From positions 1-60,302 of the forward strand of contig JAXGYI010000004.1 of assembly GCA_040772365.1 (NCBI GenBank): 60,302 nucleotides of DNA, read 5' to 3'. Position numbers and translations under genes: made by a program. The DNA is from Candidatus Moraniibacteriota bacterium. GTDB taxonomy: Bacteria > Patescibacteriota > Minisyncoccia > Moranbacterales > GCA-2747515. Shown here in pieces: positions 49,997 through 59,109 of the stretch; position 1 is the stretch's first letter, and every line of letters starts with the position of its first letter. The notes beneath the pieces are model-generated. The model saw only the letters and a program-made list of their open reading frames with translations, was not told the origin of the DNA and ran no database searches.

Positions 49997-50576
49997 AATG
50001 GTGAAACACTAGTTATTTAAAAAGAAACTCAACATCGATCTTCTTTGCCGCCCTATCGGCTTTTATGTTGGGGTTTTGTATATTTCTCTCGCAATGTCAT
50101 CACGGCAAACATGCCGAGGCTGATGATGACAAAGAGACTGCCCATCCAGATGGAGATCTCTCCCTTTGAAGCGGGTAAAATTGTGGGAAAGCCAACGGGG
50201 CGTACGGATGCTTGTGAAATCCATAGAGCTGCCAATATCATCCATATAGTGGAAAAGATGATCCACTGTTTGAATGTTTTGGTAGAGATGAAGAAGGTGA
50301 AGAGGGATGTGAAAAGAATAGCACTGATTAAAAACATCATTGGCTTAATAACAGTTAATTGATATTGCAACAACCAGCATTGCTTTGTGTATTGTAATAC
50401 TTGAAACCTTTCGTATGGACACAGAAACGTATTATACAGAACATACAGCGTTAAAATTACTACACTCCACACTATGATAGTCATTTTTACTATTTTCATA
50501 TTTTTTATTTAATAAAAAAATGCAACATCGATCTTCTTTGCCGCTTTGTCGGCTTTTGTGCTGGGGTTTTGCACAG
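49595..50576. repeat. ~500-bp tandem duplication (lipase 3' tail plus membrane gene)
   Basis: 49698-49817 matches 50201-50320 at 118/120 nt (period 503); CAACATCGATCTTCTTTGCCGC occurs at 50030 and 50523. Confidence 0.9.
50053..50499 (-). CDS. Small multi-TM membrane protein, paralog 1
   Basis: 148 aa, starts 9 bp after the lipase stop. Confidence 0.8.
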   Translation of the reverse strand: MKIVKMTIIVWSVVILTLYVLYNTFLCPYERFQVLQYTKQCWLLQYQLTVIKPMMFLISAILFTSLFTFFISTKTFKQWIIFSTIWMILAALWISQASVRPVGFPTILPASKGEISIWMGSLFVIISLGMFAVMTLREKYTKPQHKSR

Positions 50577-53500
50577 TGATGGAGCGCAGAGGATTGGTTT
50601 TGATGGCACGTAGATCCGTGACACAAAATGTGGCAGTGGTTTTTTTGCTGTTGTAGTGCGTGACATTCTTTGCCTTTGTCCCACCAATCCGCACAATCGC
50701 ATCCTTGTCAAAGTGCTTACCAAAAAGCGTCACGTCAATCTTCTCCGGACATTTTGTACTTGAGGTCATGCGCCGCGATGCCGTCCACCGATCAATGGAT
50801 GCTTTTGTGGGTGCTTTCTTTTGCTTTTTCTGCTGTTGCTGGGTCGGCTGCGCATCTGCCGCGTCTTCTTCCACGATCTGCGGCACATCCTCCGTCCCCG
50901 TAAGGCGAGCTACGCCATTGAGTCGCGGCGCAAGTGTATAGTCATCGGTGCCGTCGCCGTCATAATCCGCCGTAAGCGATGTCATGTCAGAAAGGTCACC
51001 ATGTGGCACAGAGAAGCGCACAGTTGTCAGATCGGATGTGGGTAGATCGGCAAAAGTAGCATGTCCCACAGTTTTTTCCCCCGTACCAGTCACTGCAATC
51101 TCTTGTAATTCTACCGTGTACACACCCGCACCGTAACCATCCAATTCTACACGCACATCACTGTCTGCACCCCACCCAACATAGGTACGCCCATCAAAGA
51201 CATCATAGTAACTGTTGGGAATGGCGGTTTCAATGACTTTGTTTTTTTTACCATCTTGCATGATAGTGGTGGGTCCGGTGTGGTTGCCGTCTTGATCATA
51301 GAGATGTACATGAAGCGGTGAGTAGAGTGCCATGCGGATGCGCTGAGGATTTTTCATTTTATCCGATTCCGATGGGCGTTTGTCTGAAATATATTGTGGC
51401 AAGTCTTGTGGCGGATAGCGGTTGACAATAATTTCCTTAATAAAATTCCTAACCTGCCTTACCTCTAAAATATCTGAATGTTTATTTTGTTTAGTTACAG
51501 AAGTATCTTGATTAAACAAATCCACCCAATACCTCTTCACATTCCGTGCACCCTTCATCATCAGCGCACTTGGGGTCACTACCACATCATCGCCATCAAC
51601 CGTATACCGCGGCTCATAGAACGGTTGATTTTCCCGTGCGCAATCCACGCCCTCAATATCAAAAGTGTCCACTGTTTTTTGACAATCTTTATGATTACCC
51701 TCTCGATAGTGTACGCCCTGAATTGTATCCAATCCCCACCCAGCAATTTGGATCACAGCAATATCACCCGACGGCATCCAAGCATCAATAGCCCTGTGTA
51801 AAATATCCGCCCGCTTCAGCAAGTTCTTATTGATCACATTCTCTGCATGCACTGCATCGCGATCTGGCTTTACACGATGGTCCCTTTCCCCTGTCATGAA
51901 TTGCACAAAAGTATCATAATCATCAATACGTGATCCATAGGCATCTGCATATTTTTTGTACGGCTCTGCATTTGTACGAAAGCGGATCACAGCATCCTGC
52001 GCGCGTTGAAAATACTCCGCCGACGGCAATAGCCCATATGCACCTGGCATCGTATTAATAAGCACTCGCGCCTTTGCACCGTCCATCAGCCATGGAATAC
52101 TAAGCTTCTCATCATAGCCGTAGAGAAACGATAGGATAGACTTCGGTGTACCCATTTGTGGAGACCCTACCAAGACAACATTGTCTACTAGGTGACCTTT
52201 GCCCTGTATTTCCAGCTCACGTACAAGCGCCTTTGCTAAAAGCCCTCCATTGGAATGTCCTATAACCGTCACTTTGCCGCTATGAGATGTCGCCGCCAAT
52301 CTCTCAGTCTCCACAACCAGTTTTTTCCGCTCCCCATCAGGGTACCTCGTGCCGTTAAAAAGAATATCATTGAGACCATAGCGCCAGTCATAGGCATAGA
52401 GGAGATAATCGGTAATACTATTGTGTTCCTTCATCTTTTTGATATCACCGATCAATGATTTATAGATATTACTACCAATGATTGGTATGCCGATCTCATC
52501 AATAACATCTTTTGTATAGATCCCATCGTCCATCTGCGGTGTACCGTCTTTGCGGAATTGCAGCCAATCCGTTTCAAAGCGATTACTTGGCTCCCACACT
52601 TTGACACTTTTCCCTTCTGCATTATCTCCGTAGAGACGGCTCGCCTTAATGCCAGGAAGAAAAAGTACATTGGAGCCCCGCTGCGTATTGGGACCAGATC
52701 TCCATCCATCAAGAATGACGTCACCCAAAACAAACTCCCCAGTATTGCGCCACTCCCCGTGTATGCGCTCCGGCCCATCTGCGTGTCCATACCAATTATT
52801 CACAAGCTGTACGCGGTTAGAGCTCAAAAGCTCCGCATCACCTGAGACCTCTCCCCAGCAAAAGCTTCTGCATCGCAGAAAATCTGCGTTGTCGGCTATT
52901 TGTATTTTGTCTGTATCCATACCCGTGCAGTTTTTCATGCACTGGGGGATAACGTGTGTGAGACTGTCTTTGCCCTCCACGCGAGATACGATCGCAATGT
53001 GGTTTGCTGTATTATAAAAATCCGTATTCGCAATGCGTAGAGACGATGCATTATTGTGCGTGTATAAGCGAACCTCAATATTTGCAAAAATCCCATTGCG
53101 AAAAACGGATCGATCAATGGCTACATGACCCCTGTGTAGCAAAAAACTTCCTTTATAGGTGAGGTCACGATATTCGTTGATTGGCAGCGGCGACAGTGGT
53201 GACGTCATGCCCTCAAGACGTTTCATGTTGTGACTATAGGGAGCAGCAATACACAGACGAAGATGTGTAACAGAATCACGGGCACCATCAAAAATAACAT
53301 GTGAAAATGTTGATGCTGGTGCACCAGCCGCGGTATCAAAATATATACTACCCCTATAGTACATACAATCGGATCCTGGAGAAAGAACGTGGGGACTGTA
53401 TACGATCGTAATCGGTTGTTCTACTGTGCCCTGTGCCACAATATGCGCTTTGTCATAAATCATCACTGAGGATATGGTAATGTGCGCGCCCGGTGTAATC

Positions 53501-53679
53501 ATCACTGTTGCATGATCGCGAATCTCAACCCAATCATAGTGACTAAGGTCCATCGTGCCGCTCCATGTTGTGTCTCGATCAATAACAAAAAACTCCCTTG
53601 CGTGTGTGGAAGTGGGAGTGAATAAAAAAAGCGCTATACCCACCACGATAATACCGCTCTTTGCAAAAAAAGATTTCAT
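50509..53679 (-). CDS. Secreted multidomain alpha/beta-hydrolase (LCAT/PGAP1-like lipase/phospholipase), 1056 aa
   Basis: Signal peptide; beta-helix-like N-terminus; FLPGIKASRL, YDWRY, GHSNGG (Ser), GSPQMGTPKS, VDGDDVV (Asp), KHSDIL (His); IPT/TIG-like C-terminus. Confidence 0.8.
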   Translation of the reverse strand: MKSFFAKSGIIVVGIALFLFTPTSTHAREFFVIDRDTTWSGTMDLSHYDWVEIRDHATVMITPGAHITISSVMIYDKAHIVAQGTVEQPITIVYSPHVLSPGSDCMYYRGSIYFDTAAGAPASTFSHVIFDGARDSVTHLRLCIAAPYSHNMKRLEGMTSPLSPLPINEYRDLTYKGSFLLHRGHVAIDRSVFRNGIFANIEVRLYTHNNASSLRIANTDFYNTANHIAIVSRVEGKDSLTHVIPQCMKNCTGMDTDKIQIADNADFLRCRSFCWGEVSGDAELLSSNRVQLVNNWYGHADGPERIHGEWRNTGEFVLGDVILDGWRSGPNTQRGSNVLFLPGIKASRLYGDNAEGKSVKVWEPSNRFETDWLQFRKDGTPQMDDGIYTKDVIDEIGIPIIGSNIYKSLIGDIKKMKEHNSITDYLLYAYDWRYGLNDILFNGTRYPDGERKKLVVETERLAATSHSGKVTVIGHSNGGLLAKALVRELEIQGKGHLVDNVVLVGSPQMGTPKSILSFLYGYDEKLSIPWLMDGAKARVLINTMPGAYGLLPSAEYFQRAQDAVIRFRTNAEPYKKYADAYGSRIDDYDTFVQFMTGERDHRVKPDRDAVHAENVINKNLLKRADILHRAIDAWMPSGDIAVIQIAGWGLDTIQGVHYREGNHKDCQKTVDTFDIEGVDCARENQPFYEPRYTVDGDDVVVTPSALMMKGARNVKRYWVDLFNQDTSVTKQNKHSDILEVRQVRNFIKEIIVNRYPPQDLPQYISDKRPSESDKMKNPQRIRMALYSPLHVHLYDQDGNHTGPTTIMQDGKKNKVIETAIPNSYYDVFDGRTYVGWGADSDVRVELDGYGAGVYTVELQEIAVTGTGEKTVGHATFADLPTSDLTTVRFSVPHGDLSDMTSLTADYDGDGTDDYTLAPRLNGVARLTGTEDVPQIVEEDAADAQPTQQQQKKQKKAPTKASIDRWTASRRMTSSTKCPEKIDVTLFGKHFDKDAIVRIGGTKAKNVTHYNSKKTTATFCVTDLRAIKTNPLRSITVQNPSTKADKAAKKIDVAFFY

Positions 53680-53785
53680 AATAAATAATGAATGATGCCT
53701 ACATCAGTAGTTATTGCAGATGCACAAAGCCTGATCACAGTATAACACATGTGCCGCTGATTAAAACTACGCACAGCCCCTCTCT

Positions 53786-55219
53786 CTACGCAACACGCTG
53801 AAACAAGATCACGCGCTCACGTGTAGCAATTGCATGGAGAATCTTCTGCGAGGTGTCCGGCAAGAATGGCGCCAATGCAATACCCAGTGCATGCAACTCT
53901 TGCAGTAGTTCACTAATGATGTTTTCAAACGCCTGCTGGTCACTTTTGCGCAATTCCCACGGCTTAGTATCTTCAATACGCTTATTTGCGGCACGCACGC
54001 GCGCCCACAAGATCTCCAACGCACCCTGCATTTCCATACGCTCCACCGCATCACCAACACCACCATCATCCACATGCTCCTGCGGCGTAAATGCCATATC
54101 TCCCGCCAACGCAATAATACGCGATGTGAGGTTGCCCAATCCATTGGCGAGATCAGCATTGTACGTAGCGTCCATCTTGTCCCATGAAATATCGGAATCC
54201 TCCCCAAAAGCGCCCTTGGTCAAAAGTATATACCGCGTCCCGTCCACGCCGTAGCGTGCCACCATTTCCGCCGGCGCGATGACATTGCCCAGCGACTTGC
54301 TCATCTTCTGTCCGTCCACACCGATAAATCCGTTGATGAAAATCTGTCGACTCGTCGGCAGTCCCGCCGCCAAAAGCATCGCCTGCCACATGGCGCTTTG
54401 TTGACGCACGTTATCTTTGCCGGCAATTTGTACGGCACGCGGCGCATCCGCCGTGCCCCAGAAACGCGCAAAATACGCATCGTCTTCCGGCCACCCCAAT
54501 GTGGACACATAATTTGTCAACGCATCAAACCACACATACATCACCTGCGTCTCGTCGCCCGGTACCGGCACGCCCCACGGCATTTTTTCCTTCAACCGTG
54601 AAATAGAAAAATCCTGCAATCCCTTTTCCACAAATGTGCGAATTTCATTGAGGCGCTTCTGGGGTACGACAAAATCGGGATAGGCATCATACAGCGCAAG
54701 CAATTGATCCCTGAACGCACTAAAACGAAAAAAGTAATTTTCCTCATCAATGGTCTCCAGTGGTTTACCGGGGTGAAATGGACACTCGCCGTGCACCAAC
54801 TCACTGTCGGTCTTTTCTAACTCGCACCCCACGCAATACTTCACACTGTATTTTTTCTTATAGATATAACCGCCCGCGTCCACGCGCCGCCACATCTCCT
54901 GCGCCGCCGCCTTGTGGTGGGAATTCGTGGTGCGGATAAAATGCGTATAAGAAAGATTGAGGAGCGTCTTCAGATCGTCGAACTTCGCTGCATAACCGTC
55001 CACATAGTCTTGCGCGCCCATATCCGCTTCCTGCGCCTTCTGCCAAATCTTGATGCCGTGTTCGTCCGTACCAGTATTAAACACTACATCCTTACCGCAC
55101 GCCGCTTCCATACGAGCACGCACATCAGCAAGCACAATTTCACTGGCAAAGCCAATGTGCGGCGCCGCATTGACATATGGTAGTGTCGTCGTGATATAGA
55201 ATGACTGCCTTGGTACCAT
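53786..55219 (-). CDS. metG: Methionine--tRNA ligase (short form)
   Basis: YITTTLPYVNAAPHIG, TGTDEHG, YVWFDALTNY, GKDNVR, QKMSKSLGN. Confidence 0.96.
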   Translation of the reverse strand: MVPRQSFYITTTLPYVNAAPHIGFASEIVLADVRARMEAACGKDVVFNTGTDEHGIKIWQKAQEADMGAQDYVDGYAAKFDDLKTLLNLSYTHFIRTTNSHHKAAAQEMWRRVDAGGYIYKKKYSVKYCVGCELEKTDSELVHGECPFHPGKPLETIDEENYFFRFSAFRDQLLALYDAYPDFVVPQKRLNEIRTFVEKGLQDFSISRLKEKMPWGVPVPGDETQVMYVWFDALTNYVSTLGWPEDDAYFARFWGTADAPRAVQIAGKDNVRQQSAMWQAMLLAAGLPTSRQIFINGFIGVDGQKMSKSLGNVIAPAEMVARYGVDGTRYILLTKGAFGEDSDISWDKMDATYNADLANGLGNLTSRIIALAGDMAFTPQEHVDDGGVGDAVERMEMQGALEILWARVRAANKRIEDTKPWELRKSDQQAFENIISELLQELHALGIALAPFLPDTSQKILHAIATRERVILFQRVA

Positions 55220-55477
55220 AAGGAAATGTTGTGTACAATTATACGTGCAGTGTACTCTAAAAAACGTTCCTCATCAAGATCAAGAGAACCATTGCATAAA
55301 TTCTTCATCCATGCTATGCTCATGGTAACAACATGAAAGCCCATCGCATCCCGCCGCTACACACGGTACGCGGAAAGGATGCGGCATTTTCCGCCCATCA
55401 TGCGGAAAGTGTCCGTGTTATGCGGAAACTTTCACGTTGAGGACGGTTTTTATTAATTCATTATTATATAACCCACC

Positions 55478-55909
55478 ATGGAGTACGAACTGATGTTCCT
55501 GATTGCGGAATCCAAAAAACCGGAGTTGGACACGATCAAGTCCAAAATCCGCGCAATTGTGGAGGGTGCCGGCGGGACCTATACCGACGCAGCACTGGAG
55601 TTTGATCGCAAACTAGCCTATAAGATCAAGCATAACTGGCGCGGTACCTATTGCGTACAACGCTTTACGCTTCCCGACGCAGATGCGCGCGATGAAGACA
55701 GTAACGTGAGTGATGCTATTGCAGAGATGACGCGACAACTCAATCTCCACAAAGATCTCCTCCGCTATATTATCGTTGACGCCACAGAGCTTCCACCACT
55801 TGCCGACTTTGCAAAGCAATTTGACAAGTCACAGCGTGAGGGTAAGAAGCAGCTCAAAGAAACCAGCCGAAAAATTGACGAAAAACTCGAAGAAGCACTC
55901 AATATTTAA
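55478..55909 (+). CDS. rpsF: 30S ribosomal protein S6
   Basis: MEYELMFLI...RKLAYKIK...DLLRYIIV; first gene of rpsF-ssb-rpsR. Confidence 0.92.
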   Translation: MEYELMFLIAESKKPELDTIKSKIRAIVEGAGGTYTDAALEFDRKLAYKIKHNWRGTYCVQRFTLPDADARDEDSNVSDAIAEMTRQLNLHKDLLRYIIVDATELPPLADFAKQFDKSQREGKKQLKETSRKIDEKLEEALNI

Positions 55910-55966
55910 TACACAGTAAACTATGGTTTTGTGATGACATGATCCTCACATTAACCTCAAAATCCT

Positions 55967-56452
55967 ATGAATGTCAACAAAGTCATCATTGTCGGACGCC
56001 TCACGCGCGATCCAGAACTCCGTACTACAACTAGTGGGCAAACTGTTGCAAATCTCTCCGTTGCAACATCGCGTCAGTGGAAGGATCAGAGCGGACAAAA
56101 ACAAGAAAAGACCGAATTTCACAATGTTGTTGCATGGGGGCGCCAGGGCGAAGTGATTGGACAATACTTCATCAAGGGACAAGAGATCTATGTGGAAGGC
56201 CGCTTGGAAACGCGTAGTTGGGATGACAAGGAAACTGGTAAAAAAATGTACCGCACAGAGATTATTTTGGAAAAGTTTGAATTTGGCGCAAAGCCATCAG
56301 GTGGCGGTCAAGGTGGTAGCTATAGCGGCGGACACCAACAGCAGTCTCGACCAGCGGCACGCCCAGCAGCGCAAGAAAAGAAAGAAGAAGAGATCCCCAC
56401 GATCAATCTGGATGACGAACAAGAAATCCGCATTGAGGATGTCCCTTTTTAG
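55967..56452 (+). CDS. ssb: Single-stranded DNA-binding protein
   Basis: MNVNKVIIVGRLTRDPELR, TEFHNVVAWGR, acidic tail EDVPF. Confidence 0.97.
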   Translation: MNVNKVIIVGRLTRDPELRTTTSGQTVANLSVATSRQWKDQSGQKQEKTEFHNVVAWGRQGEVIGQYFIKGQEIYVEGRLETRSWDDKETGKKMYRTEIILEKFEFGAKPSGGGQGGSYSGGHQQQSRPAARPAAQEKKEEEIPTINLDDEQEIRIEDVPF

Positions 56453-56505
56453 GGACCCCGCGCAACGACATTGCGCACGATAATTGATGTAATTCTATAC
56501 ACACT

Positions 56506-56712
56506 ATGGCACAACGTAAAATCCGTGTCGGCGACAAAGCGTACGACACCATTGACTACAAGGATGCGGCATTTCTTCGTCGCTTCCAAAACTCACAAGC
56601 AAAGATCTATCCACCAAAGCGTCATGATGTAGATACGTACTCTCAGCGCCACATCGCTCGTGCTATCAAGCGCGCACGTTATATGGCACTACTTCCGTTT
56701 ACCGTAAAATAA
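56506..56712 (+). CDS. rpsR: 30S ribosomal protein S18 (Cys-free form)
   Basis: IDYKD...QRHIARAIKRARYMALLPF. Confidence 0.93.
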   Translation: MAQRKIRVGDKAYDTIDYKDAAFLRRFQNSQAKIYPPKRHDVDTYSQRHIARAIKRARYMALLPFTVK

Positions 56713-56791
56713 ATTGCAATACCCTTTCGGCGCCGCATGCAAAAACATATCATCAATATGTTTTTTGCCTGTGCCGCAGATCCACATACTT

Positions 56792-57358
56792 ATGTTGAGC
56801 ATTAGTGATATCAAAACTGGTAAAAAAATCGTCTTGGATGGCGAACCATTTGCCGTAACCTACAGCGAGCACTCTAAGATGGGGCGCGCCGGTGCAGTAC
56901 TACGCACCAAACTGCGCAATATGGCAACTGGTGCCGTAATCGACAAGACATTTCAGGGCGCAGACAAAGTGAAAGAGGCCGATATCTCCAAGTCCACCGC
57001 GCAGTTCCTCTATGCTGAAGGCGATGACTATCACTTTATGGACGACGCTACCTATGAACAGTTTATTCTTGGCGCTAACGCCATCGGCGATGCCCACCGC
57101 TATCTCACTGAAGGACTGCCCGTGACCATGCTCAACTACAATGGTGCACCGATTAACATTGAACTTCCCATCAAAGTTACTCTCACTGTCACCGATGCGC
57201 CGCCAGGAATCAAGGGTGACACACGATCCGGCGGTGGCGGAAAAGTCGTCACTGTGGAAACCGGCGCCACTGTGAGTGCACCGCTTTTCATCAACGTGGG
57301 CGATCGCATCATCATCAACACTGAACGCGGCGAATACGTCAGTAAGGCGCAGGAATAG
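56792..57358 (+). CDS. efp: Elongation factor P
   Basis: MLSISDIKTG, HSKMGRAGAVLRTKL, AQFLY, PPGIKGDT, ETGA...PLFIN..D.I.INT..GEYVSK. Confidence 0.95.
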   Translation: MLSISDIKTGKKIVLDGEPFAVTYSEHSKMGRAGAVLRTKLRNMATGAVIDKTFQGADKVKEADISKSTAQFLYAEGDDYHFMDDATYEQFILGANAIGDAHRYLTEGLPVTMLNYNGAPINIELPIKVTLTVTDAPPGIKGDTRSGGGGKVVTVETGATVSAPLFINVGDRIIINTERGEYVSKAQE

Positions 57359-57681
57359 ACGCTGCGATACTTTTTCACACCGCACACTTCCACTGGTATC
57401 GCCATGTATTGTCCCGCGGTGAAAATTTTTCAATGATGTGCCGTAAGTAAAAGTGAGAATAGTCCCACACACTTCTTGTACATCAGGCAACTCGGAGAAC
57501 TCAATCTCCTCGCTAACCTGAACCATCTGACCACTGCCATCAGCAAAAAGGGTGTTCGGAACCATAAATTCCCTTACCCAGGATAGTTTTTTTAACTATC
57601 GTTTCATAGCAATTTCAACGTGCCTTGAGTACTGGTAAAAAGTTACACAGATAGCACCTGTAAGTTACAACTTGCTGTAAC

Positions 57682-58443
57682 TTACAGTTCTTTTTCAATA
57701 AACTCAAATAACGGCTGCATATATTCATCAAACACAACATCATCTTGCGCAAAAAATGTGCTAATGGCATTTTTGTCTTTTTCAAGAGTGATCAATTTCT
57801 CAAATTCTGGCACTTCGCTCTGTGTTTTGAGATTTTCCACAAACTGATCGTATTTCTCAAGAAAATCATCTTTTATTTCATTAAGAATCACTTTGTAAAT
57901 GACTGTCATTTTGTCGGTTGGACCGCCTTCTTTAAAATAGGCTTCATCGAAGGATGTAACACGCGATGTGTCAGCAACATCAATATTTAGCTCTTCTTGA
58001 AGCTCCTTGGTAATATTATGCGTGAAGTCAAAATAGTCACCACGCAAATCGTCATTATCAATGCCGCCACCACAAAGTTGATGCACACCAGCACGCGATG
58101 TCTGATGACCCATTTCTCCAAAGACGAAATATCCATCTGATGTTTCTACCAGCGCAGCCGTATGAATAATGTGTACGCCATACTCACCCAAACCACCAAC
58201 ATTCTGGGAGTAGAGATAGTGTGCATAATCTGTTTTCTCTACAAGAATACTGATCGCGTCATCAGTAATTTCTTTCTGTGTCACAGTGAAAACTTCTCCG
58301 CGCGTCAGTGATTTGCCACTGGCGATTAATTCATTCCAGTATGTATCAATTTTATCTTGAACCTCCTGCGGCAACACAACCTCCTTACCGCTAAAACGTA
58401 CATTGAGATCTTTGGTGATTGGTGTAACGATAAATGGTTTCAT
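57682..58443 (-). CDS. Nudix-like hydrolase, AT-rich accessory gene
   Basis: ALVETSDGYFVFG, QLCGGGIDNDD...HNITKELQEELNI (degenerate Nudix box). Confidence 0.6.
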   Translation of the reverse strand: MKPFIVTPITKDLNVRFSGKEVVLPQEVQDKIDTYWNELIASGKSLTRGEVFTVTQKEITDDAISILVEKTDYAHYLYSQNVGGLGEYGVHIIHTAALVETSDGYFVFGEMGHQTSRAGVHQLCGGGIDNDDLRGDYFDFTHNITKELQEELNIDVADTSRVTSFDEAYFKEGGPTDKMTVIYKVILNEIKDDFLEKYDQFVENLKTQSEVPEFEKLITLEKDKNAISTFFAQDDVVFDEYMQPLFEFIEKEL

Positions 58444-58510
58444 AACTCTTTTTCTAATGGAAGTGAAAACAACGCTGATAAGGTTTACATGGCCATGTTT
58501 AATGACACAG

Positions 58511-58538
58511 GAAAACCGCCAGATATCGGGCGGTTTTC
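58511..58538. terminator. Terminator after tRNA-Asn
   Basis: GAAAACCGCC-agatatcg-GGCGGTTTTC. Confidence 0.75.
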
Positions 58539-58555
58539 ACAATATGTTCTACAAG

Positions 58556-58627
58556 CTCCGCGAATAGGATTCGAACCTATGACCAATTGGTTAACAGCCA
58601 ACTGCTCTACCGCTGAGCTATCGCGGA
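58556..58627 (-). tRNA. tRNA-Asn(GTT)
   Basis: Minus strand TCCGCGATAGCTCAGCGGTAGAGCAGTTGGCTGTTAACCAATTGGTCATAGGTTCGAATCCTATTCGCGGAG; no encoded CCA. Confidence 0.95.
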
Positions 58628-58692
58628 ATAGCGTGCATCATGAAATGCACAACCTGATTGTAGAGGAAAATACGAAAAGATGCAAGCAGCTT

Positions 58693-59103
58693 CTAGTTCG
58701 TAGCACTATGCGCCGAACGTCCCCTATCACGAATATCCTGCATGGCACGCGCAATGCGATCCTCATCAATAAACTCTACGTAGTCCATCGTCTGTGCCGT
58801 ACCGTCAGCTACTGCCTGTGCAGCAAATGCTTCTAAATACTCCTCTACAGTGGCCTCTGGTATATTATCAAGACGTGCATACGTACGCACAATTTCGGAA
58901 AAATTATTGATGTTGTGCTGTACAATGTTCTTCTTCATCTCACCATCTTCGCCGATCAGGCTTTCTCGAGATCCATCAACGACAAACGTCATGCCATCCT
59001 CTTCCCCAATGCGCATCATCTCTTCTATTTCCTTGTGACCCTCGTGCGGTGTGTCCGCAAAAAAATCTTCACTACTGTTTTTCATAATACAATCATTTAC
59101 CAT
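58693..59103 (-). CDS. Acidic hypothetical protein downstream of rpoD
   Basis: 136-aa ORF (likely start MKNSSEDFF), 6 bp after the rpoD stop. Confidence 0.7.
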   Translation of the reverse strand: MVNDCIMKNSSEDFFADTPHEGHKEIEEMMRIGEEDGMTFVVDGSRESLIGEDGEMKKNIVQHNINNFSEIVRTYARLDNIPEATVEEYLEAFAAQAVADGTAQTMDYVEFIDEDRIARAMQDIRDRGRSAHSATN

Positions 59104-59109
59104 GTACCA

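Noticed and set aside
57359-58556. attL/attR duplication of the tRNA-Asn 3' end
   Set aside because: No second copy of the tRNA 3' end was seen and there is no integrase gene.
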